A stretch of DNA of 37,938 nucleotides, taken from the IMG/VR virus record IMGVR_UViG_3300020042_008090, positions 1-37,938 of that record; one strand, 5' to 3'. The position numbers and the translations under genes were made by a program. Numbering within the stretch: position 1 is the first letter of the stretch; the number at the start of each line of letters is the position of its first letter. Source of the stretch: a virus (taxonomy: Duplodnaviria; Caudoviricetes). The notes below the pieces were generated by a model that had not been told where the DNA came from, ran no database searches, and saw only the letters and a list, made by a program, of their open reading frames with translations. Below are positions 1 to 8,433 of this stretch, in pieces.

Positions 1-171
1 CGGTGTCCACGTACTGAATTGCACAGCCTGCCTTGCCTATACCGCATATCCGTTCAATCTGTGAATCGGGGTATTCGTTGATCGCGGCCAACTGTCCCAT
101 GCCCTTGTGCGTTACTTTCACACCTAAAGGCTCACACTCCCAAGGGCTTGTCGTAGCGCATCCGGTCAAGA

Positions 172-585
172 TCAGCCCTGTGAGAGCAAATGCCACGCTT
201 CGGTGCGCCATGTTTCCGGCCCTGAGTTGCGGCTACGCTCGTACACGTTGCCGTCATACCTGACCTGCAAAGTCGCCGCCCACCCATGCCCCAGCGGCCC
301 GTTGTAAACATCAATCCTGAGCCTTGCGGGGAGTGGCAGCGCATCAAAGGCATTGCCAATAAAGTCTTGCCAGTTCTGCGACTGGTCCGTTGGGCTGTCT
401 GTCAGGTTGTCGGGAACCGTGTCGCCGTTCAGCGCATCGGTTTGTTCGACTTCGCCGGAGTGCGTCCACTTGCCCTGAAAGTATTTACCGCGATTGGCGA
501 AAAATGTGTCTTGCCGATCCACCAGCGTTTGCCATCTGGGAGTCAGCCAGTCGTCGATTTTGGTTCTGACGGTTGCTAGGCTCAT
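172..585 (-). CDS. hypothetical protein, possibly virion-associated
   Basis: 137 aa ORF coupled (ATGA overlap) to the LamG gene; no recognised family. Confidence 0.7.
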   Translation of the reverse strand: MSLATVRTKIDDWLTPRWQTLVDRQDTFFANRGKYFQGKWTHSGEVEQTDALNGDTVPDNLTDSPTDQSQNWQDFIGNAFDALPLPARLRIDVYNGPLGHGWAATLQVRYDGNVYERSRNSGPETWRTEAWHLLSQG

Positions 586-1334
586 GCTGGGTACGCCATC
601 CCTGCCCCGCTGTTATAGAGGCGGTCTTTTTCTTCAGATGTCCAAAGTCGTCGAGCCACAACCACATTATCAATCGCCCCGTCTATATAATCGGCTCCGA
701 CTCGGCTACCAATATGTATTGCATTGGTGCTGCTGTAAGTGCCACCAACTAGAGCCGCCGTTTGTGATGATGCCCGGTTGACTTCTATCTTTATCTGGTT
801 TGAATCAGGTAAATGCTCGAAGATAAAAAAGAACCATGTGTCATACCCAGGCTCAAGAAATCCGGTTGCAACCGATGCTGCGTTTGCTGCGTTCCTTGCT
901 TCTCCTGTTACGCTGTTTGCCGATCTAACAATGCTCCACTCACCCCCCGGAGACCCCGATCTGCCTTTGGATATTATCCTCGCCGCTGCTGCGCTGGCAG
1001 TGCTCCACTCAGCCCAACCAGCAACCGAAAAAGGAGTGTCAGCGATGACAAAATCTGCGTGATGGTTTGTTGACAAAGACTCACTATTCGCCGCCACAAA
1101 ACTCGCCGCATCCCCAACAACACCCGTAGTCGATCCAACGGTATTGTTATCAGTCAGATCATGCGTACCGGGATTATGGGCATTAACCCGTGTGCCGGAT
1201 ACTTCGTCCAGCGACCACCATGCAACCAGGTCGGTTAGCAGGGAGTCAGGCGCGGCTGCACCGCCCTCGCTAATCACGATGGGGTGAACAACGCCACTCA
1301 CTACAGGCTTAACGATGCTGCTTACTGCGCCCAT
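582..1334 (-). CDS. LamG/concanavalin A-like jelly-roll protein (putative virion decoration or adhesin)
   Basis: LVAWWSLDE..G, FSVAGW, IHIG..DGAIDNV..RLW..EE..RLYNSG are typical LamG-like motifs. Confidence 0.85.
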   Translation of the reverse strand: MGAVSSIVKPVVSGVVHPIVISEGGAAAPDSLLTDLVAWWSLDEVSGTRVNAHNPGTHDLTDNNTVGSTTGVVGDAASFVAANSESLSTNHHADFVIADTPFSVAGWAEWSTASAAAARIISKGRSGSPGGEWSIVRSANSVTGEARNAANAASVATGFLEPGYDTWFFFIFEHLPDSNQIKIEVNRASSQTAALVGGTYSSTNAIHIGSRVGADYIDGAIDNVVVARRLWTSEEKDRLYNSGAGMAYPA

Positions 1335-1343
1335 ATACCTGTA

Positions 1344-1580
1344 TCACTCTTCAAAATAGCGAATCCGTTTAATGCAGCCCTGAGGTATGTGTACCACTCC
1401 GAAGCACAGCTCTTCTGAGGCTGGCTGCTGCAACACAAGGTTTGAAACCAGCACAACTCCATTTGCAAACTCTCGGATGTACCCTACAGAGGTAACGGCA
1501 AGAGGCGCGTAATCGTTTGGCACATCGCACCACGCATCAGTGCTGTGCGTGTCAAGCCATGTGACCTCGGCCAGTTTCAT
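1344..1580 (-). CDS. small conserved-type phage protein
   Basis: V.W.D..S..W, SVGY, IP.GCIK.I pattern; coupled to upstream gene. Confidence 0.75.
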   Translation of the reverse strand: MKLAEVTWLDTHSTDAWCDVPNDYAPLAVTSVGYIREFANGVVLVSNLVLQQPASEELCFGVVHIPQGCIKRIRYFEE

Positions 1581-2737
1581 GCGTGTACAGTGTGCCGCGC
1601 TATCTCGCCGCGCTCTCTGTGACGGATAATGCAGTCCATAGAGCGCCCCGAACGGTAGCCGTGTGATTGTGAATACGCATCCCTTGGTGGCAGTATTCGG
1701 AACGATTCAACCTCGCATCCTGAAAGGTCGTAGCGCGTCTGATTGTGTATGTGGCCTGTGTACCAGGCTCGGTGCGTTGTTTGGCCCCATGCTTCCGGCA
1801 TATCAGCGGCCATGACTCCCGGCAACTGCTGGGGTTTAACCAGATCTCCGTGATGTGTGCCAATCAGGTTCTTGCCGAACGTGTAGTAGTGAAACCGCGC
1901 AGGCGAGAGATCAATTGTTACCCGCTTTTCATCCTTGAAAAATGCGTCAAGGCATACCGCGAGCATGATGGCTGAATGATCGTCATGGTTGCCGATTTCG
2001 GTAATCACATGCACGTTCTTGTGCTTTTGCAGCGCAAGGTGTATCAGGGAAACGGCGATATTCACGCCTACCCGTAAAACCTTACTCCAGCGGCTATCAA
2101 CGTCTAGCTGAAAGCCGCTTCTTGCTGTTCGGTTGCTTTGGTTGTCTGAGTGGAAAAAGTCACCCAGAAAACAAATAAGGGCTTGCTCTGCTGGCGGTAC
2201 AGAATCGACTAATTCCTGAGTGCGCCCGGTAAACAATGCAATTGCATTATTCAGATCAAAGTCAGCCTGAGCATCCTCATGGTGGCAATACATCCCCACA
2301 TGGGGGTCACCATACGGGTATACGGCCAGAAGGTCTTTGTCTGTCTTGGCTGGCGTTCTGGATTTCGGCGCTAGACCAGTGAGGCCTTCTGCGGCCTCCT
2401 GCATGCTATCGACCAGAATCTCCCATTGCTGGGCCTGATCTTCGCGGGTTTTAACCCATTGCAGTTTGACAGATCCATCTGCAGCGTGAAGCGTGGACTT
2501 GCCCTTAACCAGAAATCCTGGCGGAGCAATTCCGGCTATATCGTCATCAGGGGAAAATCCGCGCCGTGCGGCTTCCCTCTTGATTCTCCGTATGGTTTCC
2601 CATACCGCATTCTGATTAATGCCTAGCTTTCTAGCCGCCGCATTAGCGCTGCCAAGCTCAAAAGTAAGCCGTAGCTTTTCGGCTTGTCTTTCATCCCGGC
2701 AAAATGGCTTTAAACCTTCGTACTCCAGCCTATCCAT
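1577..2737 (-). CDS. calcineurin-like metallophosphoesterase with N-terminal HTH
   Basis: GDPHVG, LGDFFH, GNHD, HHGD, TGHIH motifs; N-terminal SANAAARKLGINQNAV HTH. Confidence 0.9.
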   Translation of the reverse strand: MDRLEYEGLKPFCRDERQAEKLRLTFELGSANAAARKLGINQNAVWETIRRIKREAARRGFSPDDDIAGIAPPGFLVKGKSTLHAADGSVKLQWVKTREDQAQQWEILVDSMQEAAEGLTGLAPKSRTPAKTDKDLLAVYPYGDPHVGMYCHHEDAQADFDLNNAIALFTGRTQELVDSVPPAEQALICFLGDFFHSDNQSNRTARSGFQLDVDSRWSKVLRVGVNIAVSLIHLALQKHKNVHVITEIGNHDDHSAIMLAVCLDAFFKDEKRVTIDLSPARFHYYTFGKNLIGTHHGDLVKPQQLPGVMAADMPEAWGQTTHRAWYTGHIHNQTRYDLSGCEVESFRILPPRDAYSQSHGYRSGRSMDCIIRHRERGEIARHTVHA

Positions 2738-2773
2738 TCGGCGACCCTTGCGAATTGCGATAGTTATTCGGGT

Positions 2774-3121
2774 TTATTCGACAATCTTGGCGATTTCAGA
2801 TAGCTTGCCGTTGCATTGCAGCGCCCTGACCCTCTGGGCCTTGTATGCAGCGCCTAATTCGTATGCGTCGAAGTCTGCCGAGAGATCAACAATCTCAACC
2901 GGCTCGGTCAGGGAATCAGGGACATCTACAATTCGGTCCTTTTCGATAATGACCGGCTCGCAGTATTCAATTGGCTGCTTACTGGCGCACCCAATCGCGG
3001 TACTCGTTATCAATAGCAGAGCAATCAAGGTTCCGTTCCCGCAACCGTGCAATCCTGACTTGGATTGCCAGAATTGCATCATTTGCGGCCTGATTGGCGC
3101 GTAATATTTCCACTTCGGCAT
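2774..3121 (-). CDS. o-spanin (Rz1-like lipoprotein); true start probably downstream of 3121
   Basis: Hydrophobic LIALLLITSTAIG-C lipobox, Pro-rich VPDSLTEP, C-terminal CN..L..I; overlaps i-spanin. Confidence 0.8.
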   Translation of the reverse strand: MPKWKYYAPIRPQMMQFWQSKSGLHGCGNGTLIALLLITSTAIGCASKQPIEYCEPVIIEKDRIVDVPDSLTEPVEIVDLSADFDAYELGAAYKAQRVRALQCNGKLSEIAKIVE

Positions 3122-3368
3122 CTTTCGCCCTCTCGGCTTCCGCGTCTCTGGCTTGTGCGTTTTCGAGGTTGACTTGCATACAGGCGTTTACAGCGACCTG
3201 TGCTGTCAGTAGTCGCCTTTTTGTATCGTCGCGCTCTGCTGTCACCACTTCCAGCCGTTCACGTAACTGGCCGACTTCGCGGAAGTGGAGAAATACAGCC
3301 GCCACACTAAAGGCAATTGCCGCTATGCCCAACCAGGTGAGTAATTGCGGCCTGTATGTAAAGTACAT
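2979..3368 (-). CDS. i-spanin (Rz-like)
   Basis: N-terminal TM, coiled coil, C-terminal Cys; overlaps o-spanin. Confidence 0.8.
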   Translation of the reverse strand: MYFTYRPQLLTWLGIAAIAFSVAAVFLHFREVGQLRERLEVVTAERDDTKRRLLTAQVAVNACMQVNLENAQARDAEAERAKDAEVEILRANQAANDAILAIQVRIARLRERNLDCSAIDNEYRDWVRQ

Positions 3369-3419
3369 TAGATGTTAAGACCGTTTATGTATCTCATGGG
3401 ATACAAAATGCGTTATGAG

Positions 3420-3683
3420 CTACAAAGACCGGTGATTGGCGCAGGGGTTACTCACCAGATGCCCGAATTGGCCGTTCACAACCACCAATAGCTTTCCGTC
3501 TTTACGCGCCCATACGGTAATTTCTGCATCGTGTACGGGATGTTTCCGTACATCTTCCAGCGTCGCCAGCAATTCAGCATTGGTAGCCACCAGATTTTTG
3601 CTGGTTTGCAGGGACGAAACAGCGATGCCCGTCACCGATGCGCCGAATATGGCGAATACCAGGCAGAGCAGACGGTAATTCAT
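3420..3683 (-). CDS. hypothetical membrane-anchored protein
   Basis: 87 aa, N-terminal TM, within lysis region. Confidence 0.65.
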   Translation of the reverse strand: MNYRLLCLVFAIFGASVTGIAVSSLQTSKNLVATNAELLATLEDVRKHPVHDAEITVWARKDGKLLVVVNGQFGHLVSNPCANHRSL

Positions 3684-3684
3684 G

Positions 3685-3975
3685 TCACCCGCCGTGATTG
3701 CCGTCTAAATCCACACCAACGGCTTTGGCGATTGCGCGCAGCATGTTCATTTTTTCGTCGGTTTCGCAAGCGGGTTCGTTGTTCTTGGCGTCATATTCTT
3801 TAGCCGCCTTAAGCAGATCGCGCAGAATTTCAACTTCCCGCTTTAGCGCGTCAAATTCTTCCCGCGTAACCGGGAGGGCGATGGTTTGCCCGGTCACTGT
3901 CCATGCCTGCCAATCTGGATAATGCGGCTCCCATCGGCCCCGAAACTGATCACCAATCATTGAAACTACGCACAT
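3685..3975 (-). CDS. hypothetical protein
   Basis: Start MCVVSMIG preceded by GGAG RBS; C-terminal coiled coil. Confidence 0.7.
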   Translation of the reverse strand: MCVVSMIGDQFRGRWEPHYPDWQAWTVTGQTIALPVTREEFDALKREVEILRDLLKAAKEYDAKNNEPACETDEKMNMLRAIAKAVGVDLDGNHGG

Positions 3976-3982
3976 GATTAAT

Positions 3983-4165
3983 TCACTCCGGCCAATTTGT
4001 ATTCTGTACGCTGGACAAATTGCACTTTGATTCGCGCCTGATGCGCTTGTTGAATTTTCTCTTGATGGCCTTGACGGTTCCGGCCCTGTATCCGACATAC
4101 TTGCGCCAGCGTGTCAGTGCGTCGTATTCATCGCCTGATTTCAGCTCTTCGCGGTGTCCCATCAT
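3983..4165 (-). CDS. small basic hypothetical protein
   Basis: 60 aa, overlaps endolysin stop. Confidence 0.6.
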   Translation of the reverse strand: MMGHREELKSGDEYDALTRWRKYVGYRAGTVKAIKRKFNKRIRRESKCNLSSVQNTNWPE

Positions 4166-4701
4166 TGCTGCATTTCACCGTGCCAGAGGTCAATTCTTGC
4201 CACATAGTCGCGAGTCTCCCCCGGCACATAGGGCGCAACGTCTGCCCATACGGTTGAATGATTGGCCTTCTTCTGGGCGCGTAGGATGCACCCAGCCCCG
4301 CAATTGTAGGCACCCTGCGCCCATCTGAGCCGGTCGGCATTGGTGCGCTCTGACTTCCATACACGCAACATACGGCGCATGTAAGCAGCGCCAACATGTA
4401 AGTTTGCCCTCGGATTAAACGGGCTGGCGTTTATCCCCATAATGCGGGACTGTTCAGCCCATGTGCCGGGCATTATCTGGGCCAATCCTTGCGCCCCGGC
4501 ATGACTTACAGCCATCGGGTTTAACAGAGATTCTTGATAAACCTGCGATTTCCACCAAAGCCAGTGGTACTCAGGAAGGTATCGTGCTGCGGATTCCTTA
4601 AGAATATCGTCAAATGTAGCGGGAAAATATCTGGCCTGTGATGATAGCGGCACCAACAGAATACATGCCAAACAAAACAGCTTCAGGAAGGGTGATTTCA
4701 T
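4162..4701 (-). CDS. lytic transglycosylase (SLT) endolysin with signal peptide
   Basis: QES catalytic Glu, AVSHAGAQGLAQIMPGTW, AYNCG, ETRDYV; N-terminal hydrophobic signal ending SQA. Confidence 0.92.
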   Translation of the reverse strand: MKSPFLKLFCLACILLVPLSSQARYFPATFDDILKESAARYLPEYHWLWWKSQVYQESLLNPMAVSHAGAQGLAQIMPGTWAEQSRIMGINASPFNPRANLHVGAAYMRRMLRVWKSERTNADRLRWAQGAYNCGAGCILRAQKKANHSTVWADVAPYVPGETRDYVARIDLWHGEMQQ

Positions 4702-4831
4702 CGAGTCGATCCTTCAGGCTGAACCCTAAGAGCCACAAAGGCACCCATTGCAGCATGATCCAGGCGAACATCCCTATCGGCGCTAAAAACAGCAACAGGA
4801 ACAGTCCCGGCATTACGTTGTAGTCACTCAT
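4610..4831 (-). CDS. two-TM membrane protein, putative holin/antiholin
   Basis: AGGAG RBS, two hydrophobic segments, overlaps endolysin start. Confidence 0.65.
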   Translation of the reverse strand: MSDYNVMPGLFLLLFLAPIGMFAWIMLQWVPLWLLGFSLKDRLDEITLPEAVLFGMYSVGAAIITGQIFSRYI

Positions 4832-4964
4832 GGTTACTCCTGAATGCAATCCGAGCAGCCCATCGCGCCTCTGTGTAGGTCGGCAGGGAGGAGTGATTCC
4901 CGCCAAAATTTAAGGGTCTGCGTGTTATAGGGCTGCTCGGAACTGGGTTGCAGCGAGTCTGCGA

Positions 4965-4995
4965 AATTAAACGATAACATCGCCCATGTTATCGT
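4965..4995 (-). terminator. terminator-like hairpin after holin-like gene
   Basis: Perfect 10-bp stem ACGATAACAT/ATGTTATCGT, 5-nt loop, followed by TTAATTT on minus strand. Confidence 0.45.
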
Positions 4996-5002
4996 GCGGA
5001 AA

Positions 5003-5230
5003 TCAGTCGTTATCAGCGTTTCTGATCTGGCGAAGTATCTTAATCCGGCGCTCGGTGGCCCAGATTTGGTAAATCAAGCTGCTAAGAGCAATCGCAATGC
5101 CGCACACAACGCCAACAACTTCAGCGCTGATTCCGAAAATGACGGAACTGGCAGATCCGGCTGCTATGCCGACTTTTGCAACCGCAGCGGCCTCGGATGA
5201 GTGCGCCAGTTGGTCAAGCGTGTCGCTCAT
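5003..5230 (-). CDS. putative holin
   Basis: 75 aa, hydrophobic segments and charged C-terminus; first gene after late promoter/terminator. Confidence 0.65.
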   Translation of the reverse strand: MSDTLDQLAHSSEAAAVAKVGIAAGSASSVIFGISAEVVGVVCGIAIALSSLIYQIWATERRIKILRQIRNADND

Positions 5231-5248
5231 ACGGTGGCCCTTGAAATG

Positions 5249-5272
5249 AAAAAACCCGCAAGGTGGCGGGTT
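5249..5272 (-). terminator. intrinsic terminator (tR'-like)
   Basis: AACCCGC-loop-GCGGGTT followed by T run, just downstream of the late promoter. Confidence 0.8.
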
Positions 5273-5302
5273 CGTTTATTTGGGACATACTGCCCCACCG
5301 CG

Positions 5303-5331
5303 AGTAAACCAGAATTACGGCACCTTGTCAA
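5303..5331 (-). promoter_or_regulatory. late promoter (PR'-like)
   Basis: TTGACA-17 nt-TTTACT with extended TG, at end of Q-like gene and upstream of terminator. Confidence 0.6.
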
Positions 5332-5746
5332 CAGGTTTCCAACAATTTCTTTTAGCCCAATATCGCTCCACCGAATCGAACAACATTCTCTCCGCGCCGG
5401 CATGGCTGCAGTGCATGTGCTTTGACAGCCGTTTAATCATCTCGGCATGGCCCAACTCACGGCATCGCATACATAGGTTCGGATACCAGCGCACCAGACA
5501 GCGGTAAACGTCAATACCACCAGGCTCCGCACCTATCGCGCAAACGATATCCGAGGTCATATCGCCGCGAATTTCGTCTATGGCATACCTTGGCTCAGTT
5601 GGCTCGTCAAAGCCTACCACGGGCGCGATGTAGCCATCTGAGGTAGGTGGCGGGGTTACTCCCAGATTGCTTTCCAGCCAGCCGTCATAAACGTGCCGCG
5701 CCCAATTCATCAACTCCTCGTTAGCTTCCTTGTGCAATTTCTGCAT
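5315..5746 (-). CDS. Q-like late antiterminator/regulator
   Basis: L.NWAR N-terminus, C-terminal HTH-like segment, lambdoid position before promoter-terminator-lysis genes. Confidence 0.6.
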   Translation of the reverse strand: MQKLHKEANEELMNWARHVYDGWLESNLGVTPPPTSDGYIAPVVGFDEPTEPRYAIDEIRGDMTSDIVCAIGAEPGGIDVYRCLVRWYPNLCMRCRELGHAEMIKRLSKHMHCSHAGAERMLFDSVERYWAKRNCWKPVDKVP

Positions 5747-5769
5747 TCTTGTTCCCCTTTTGGGTACGT

Positions 5770-5949
5770 TTAAGCCTGATATGGGTATGATGTAATCCGC
5801 ACGATGGTCTGCTTGCAAACGTCAAATTTCTTTGCGATTTCCTTATTCGATAGTTTGTCGGCCTTGCGTCTCAATTCAGCCCCTTCCATCTTCATCTCCC
5901 GAATCAGCGCTATGTCATCATTTGTTAGTGACCTGGGCCTGCCGCTCAT
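5770..5949 (-). CDS. small HTH protein
   Basis: GRPRSLT..SNKEIAKKFDVCKQTI; AGGAGG RBS. Confidence 0.75.
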   Translation of the reverse strand: MSGRPRSLTNDDIALIREMKMEGAELRRKADKLSNKEIAKKFDVCKQTIVRITSYPYQA

Positions 5950-6092
5950 AACGCCTCCTTTTTCGGCTTGCTGGCTATACGCACATATCCGCATATTTTG
6001 CAGGTTTGCAGATATGGGTGGGGAGGGAAACTGTGATCGCATTTCACCTTACTCCACCAGTGCAATTTTTCAGGCTTGGGGTGCGGGTTCAT
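5946..6092 (-). CDS. small Zn-finger-like protein
   Basis: C.H..CKICG; coupled on both sides. Confidence 0.55.
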   Translation of the reverse strand: MNPHPKPEKLHWWSKVKCDHSFPPHPYLQTCKICGYVRIASKPKKEAL

Positions 6093-6289
6093 GGCTTGGC
6101 TATTTCCAGCATCTCGCGTCCACCACATCGGTAAACCCGAACCTTTCCGGTTTTCGTCACGTAGACTTGAATGCTGTCTTTTGGTGTTTTGATGCCCAAA
6201 ACTATCCAGCCCTTTTTGTTGTCGCTACAGATTCTTGTAATCTCAGCAGCGCCATACTCAAATCCGTAACTTGTCTCACTGAAATGCAT
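6089..6289 (-). CDS. hypothetical protein
   Basis: GGAGG RBS, coupled to VRR-NUC stop. Confidence 0.65.
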   Translation of the reverse strand: MHFSETSYGFEYGAAEITRICSDNKKGWIVLGIKTPKDSIQVYVTKTGKVRVYRCGGREMLEIAKP

Positions 6290-6573
6290 CACTTCCTCCA
6301 CGCCACTACGTTCAAAGCCTCTGCCCAATCTGTCACCACGCTAACCGGCCATCGCTGATGAAAGCTGACCTGACGCGGGGTTAACTTCCGCTTGCTTGGC
6401 GGCTTGTTACCGTCTTTCACTTCGATCAGCCGCAACAATCCATCAGGGTCAAGCACCAGCAGATCAGGGCAACCATTGCCAACAGCCGCGAGTGACAAGA
6501 CCTCACAGCCAACCTTGCGAAGGGCTGATACGATCTCGCGATGGTTGGAGTCTGTTCGGGCAGCGAGTCTCAA
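6289..6573 (-). CDS. VRR-NUC family nuclease
   Basis: D.N..EIV.ALR..G, G.PDLLV, LIEVK, LT..Q..F motifs. Confidence 0.88.
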   Translation of the reverse strand: MRLAARTDSNHREIVSALRKVGCEVLSLAAVGNGCPDLLVLDPDGLLRLIEVKDGNKPPSKRKLTPRQVSFHQRWPVSVVTDWAEALNVVAWRK

Positions 6574-6782
6574 TGCACCGCCTCCAGTATCGAAGTCCCG
6601 TCGATAAACACCGTGCCGGGCTCAGCGTAGAAAATGCTGTGAATCGTGCAGTTGTCGTACCCGTCTATCAGATCAAGCGCCCATTCCTCTGCATCACCGT
6701 TACCGAAACACAAAGCCACCTCGCGGAACTTTGGCGCTCCCGGTGCGTAGGTAAACACGATGCAGAATTCGCGGTCTTTCAT
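6570..6782 (-). CDS. hypothetical protein
   Basis: ATGA-coupled chain. Confidence 0.65.
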   Translation of the reverse strand: MKDREFCIVFTYAPGAPKFREVALCFGNGDAEEWALDLIDGYDNCTIHSIFYAEPGTVFIDGTSILEAVH

Positions 6783-6985
6783 CCGTTCTCAATCTCGCTA
6801 CGTTCGTTCTCAAAATCGCTATGACATGGCGGCTTAATCGCGTATTTGCATATCGGCACATCAGCGCTACCCCACCATGCCCGGGCCTGCTGCAAAACTT
6901 CTGGCGTTAACGGGCGGCTGCATGTGCTGGCCTTATCGCAGTCTTGGTAGTGAGTGCAAAATGTCATGTCCCGGTAAGTCATCAT
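6779..6985 (-). CDS. Cys-rich hypothetical protein
   Basis: DMTFC..C..C.R pattern; coupled. Confidence 0.65.
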   Translation of the reverse strand: MMTYRDMTFCTHYQDCDKASTCSRPLTPEVLQQARAWWGSADVPICKYAIKPPCHSDFENERSEIENG

Positions 6986-7431
6986 TTCACCAGGCTGGCG
7001 GCGTATTCGATGAGGTAGACTTTCGGGGCCAGCCAGATTTGCAGCCAGTCAAGGTTGGTGCAGAAAACTGCTACGGCTATTGGTGTACAAAAAACCGTTA
7101 CTGTCAGGCATGCAATCCATCGTTCCGTGTTGTCCTCGTTGAATTGTTCTGTGGCGCGATCCCGTGAACAGCCGTTTTCAGGCAGCGTAGCAAGGCGATC
7201 AATCAGTTTTTGTTTGGGGCGCGGGGCGAACTTCCACCAGACAAAAGTAATGGCACCCGCAAAAACACCCACCCACAGCACTGAAATAATCAGCGATTGC
7301 GCCATCTTCCAGGCCAGCAATTGCTGCACCACATCCGGCATTTCTGCCAGCACGAAAGCTTTGGTTTGTTCTGCGGTTTCTAGTGCGCCGATGATAATTT
7401 CGGCCAACGCTTTCTGTAACTCCTCGTTCAT
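6982..7431 (-). CDS. two-TM hypothetical protein
   Basis: PDVVQQLLAW, two TM segments, WLQIWLAPKVYLIEY. Confidence 0.75.
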   Translation of the reverse strand: MNEELQKALAEIIIGALETAEQTKAFVLAEMPDVVQQLLAWKMAQSLIISVLWVGVFAGAITFVWWKFAPRPKQKLIDRLATLPENGCSRDRATEQFNEDNTERWIACLTVTVFCTPIAVAVFCTNLDWLQIWLAPKVYLIEYAASLVK

Positions 7432-7598
7432 CGTTTACTCCTCGCTATCGTCAACAAAAGGTTTTCACCCGTGACTAGCTTGACTTCTTTCCCCTTTTCC
7501 TCACCCTTGGCGTTACGGACGCACAGAACCTTTGCACCTATTGCGCGGAAGTCTTTGCAGACTTTGGCGACTTCGGGGAATTGTTCGGCGTTGCTCAT
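7428..7598 (-). CDS. hypothetical protein (56 aa, not in ORF track)
   Basis: Hand-translated MSNAEQFPEVAKVCKDFRAIGAKV..; ATGA overlaps both sides. Confidence 0.65.
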   Translation of the reverse strand: MSNAEQFPEVAKVCKDFRAIGAKVLCVRNAKGEEKGKEVKLVTGENLLLTIARSKR

Positions 7599-7834
7599 GC
7601 GCCGCCCATCGGCACAAGGTCAATGGTGGATACGCTGCAACCAAACTTTCCAGCCAGCGCCAGGTTGCCGATTTCGTACAGGTCTTGTGTTACTTGTTGA
7701 TGCTCGCGCTTGAGCCTTGCTTGACGTTCGCGCAAGACCGCACGCTCTGCCTTGCATTTGGCTATCAGAAGCCTGTCGTCGTCTGTCAGGACGCACCGGC
7801 GCGGGTTTTGGTTTGGTTTTCTGTTCGGCATCAC
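7595..7834 (-). CDS. hypothetical coiled-coil/HTH protein
   Basis: LAGKFGCSVSTI HTH-like C-terminus; coupled. Confidence 0.6.
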   Translation of the reverse strand: MMPNRKPNQNPRRCVLTDDDRLLIAKCKAERAVLRERQARLKREHQQVTQDLYEIGNLALAGKFGCSVSTIDLVPMGGA

Positions 7835-8433
7835 CCGCGCACCTCTGCATAGCTTCTTGGCGCTGAATTTGAATACCTGGCGTTAAGGCCAAGCGCGTGC
7901 ATGGCCTGTTCGCGGGTTTGAAGCGGGTAGGATCTGCCGTCAAATTCAAAGTGAGTCTTACCCGCATGCAAAGCGGCCATCTCTGCCTTGGCGCGGCGAA
8001 CAATGGGAGTATCTTTACTGCCCTGCTGAATCAGTTGGTTAATGGATTCGATAGGCTTGCCGTGCTGTGTTTCAAGGGCCATGCGCTCGTCGGTGAAGTT
8101 CTTGGTTCCCGGCGTGGCGCATAATTCCTTAAACTGGCCCAGCGTTGGTGGGAAGTCGTGCTTCCAGTCTTGGCAGGCTTTGACGCCCCTGGTGATATAC
8201 TCTTTGCTGAAGTTTTGCAGGGCGTAGCTCCAAGCTTTGAACGTATCGCCGCCAACTTCACCACGCTCACGCACCCAGGTTTGCCCTAAATATTCCCTAA
8301 GCCGTTTCCACATAGCAGCCATGAGCACTTCACGGGAGGTTGACTCCGCGCTCGGCAAGGTACTCTCGCTCACGCCGCTCGGAGCGCTGTACAGCGCTTT
8401 CACGAGGGCGGTTTGTGTTTCCACTGTTGACAT
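7831..8433 (-). CDS. replication protein P-like (helicase loader)
   Basis: W..L..I.RG..C..FPPTLGQF..LC motif; follows and overlaps the initiator gene. Confidence 0.7.
   Translation of the reverse strand: MSTVETQTALVKALYSAPSGVSESTLPSAESTSREVLMAAMWKRLREYLGQTWVRERGEVGGDTFKAWSYALQNFSKEYITRGVKACQDWKHDFPPTLGQFKELCATPGTKNFTDERMALETQHGKPIESINQLIQQGSKDTPIVRRAKAEMAALHAGKTHFEFDGRSYPLQTREQAMHALGLNARYSNSAPRSYAEVRG

Noticed and set aside
1-100. Partial minus-strand ORF MGQLAAINEY.. as HNH or small terminase
   Set aside because: Too short and no diagnostic motif.
3388-3405. TGTATC/GATACA hairpin as terminator
   Set aside because: Weak stem and no U-tract in the sense (minus) direction.
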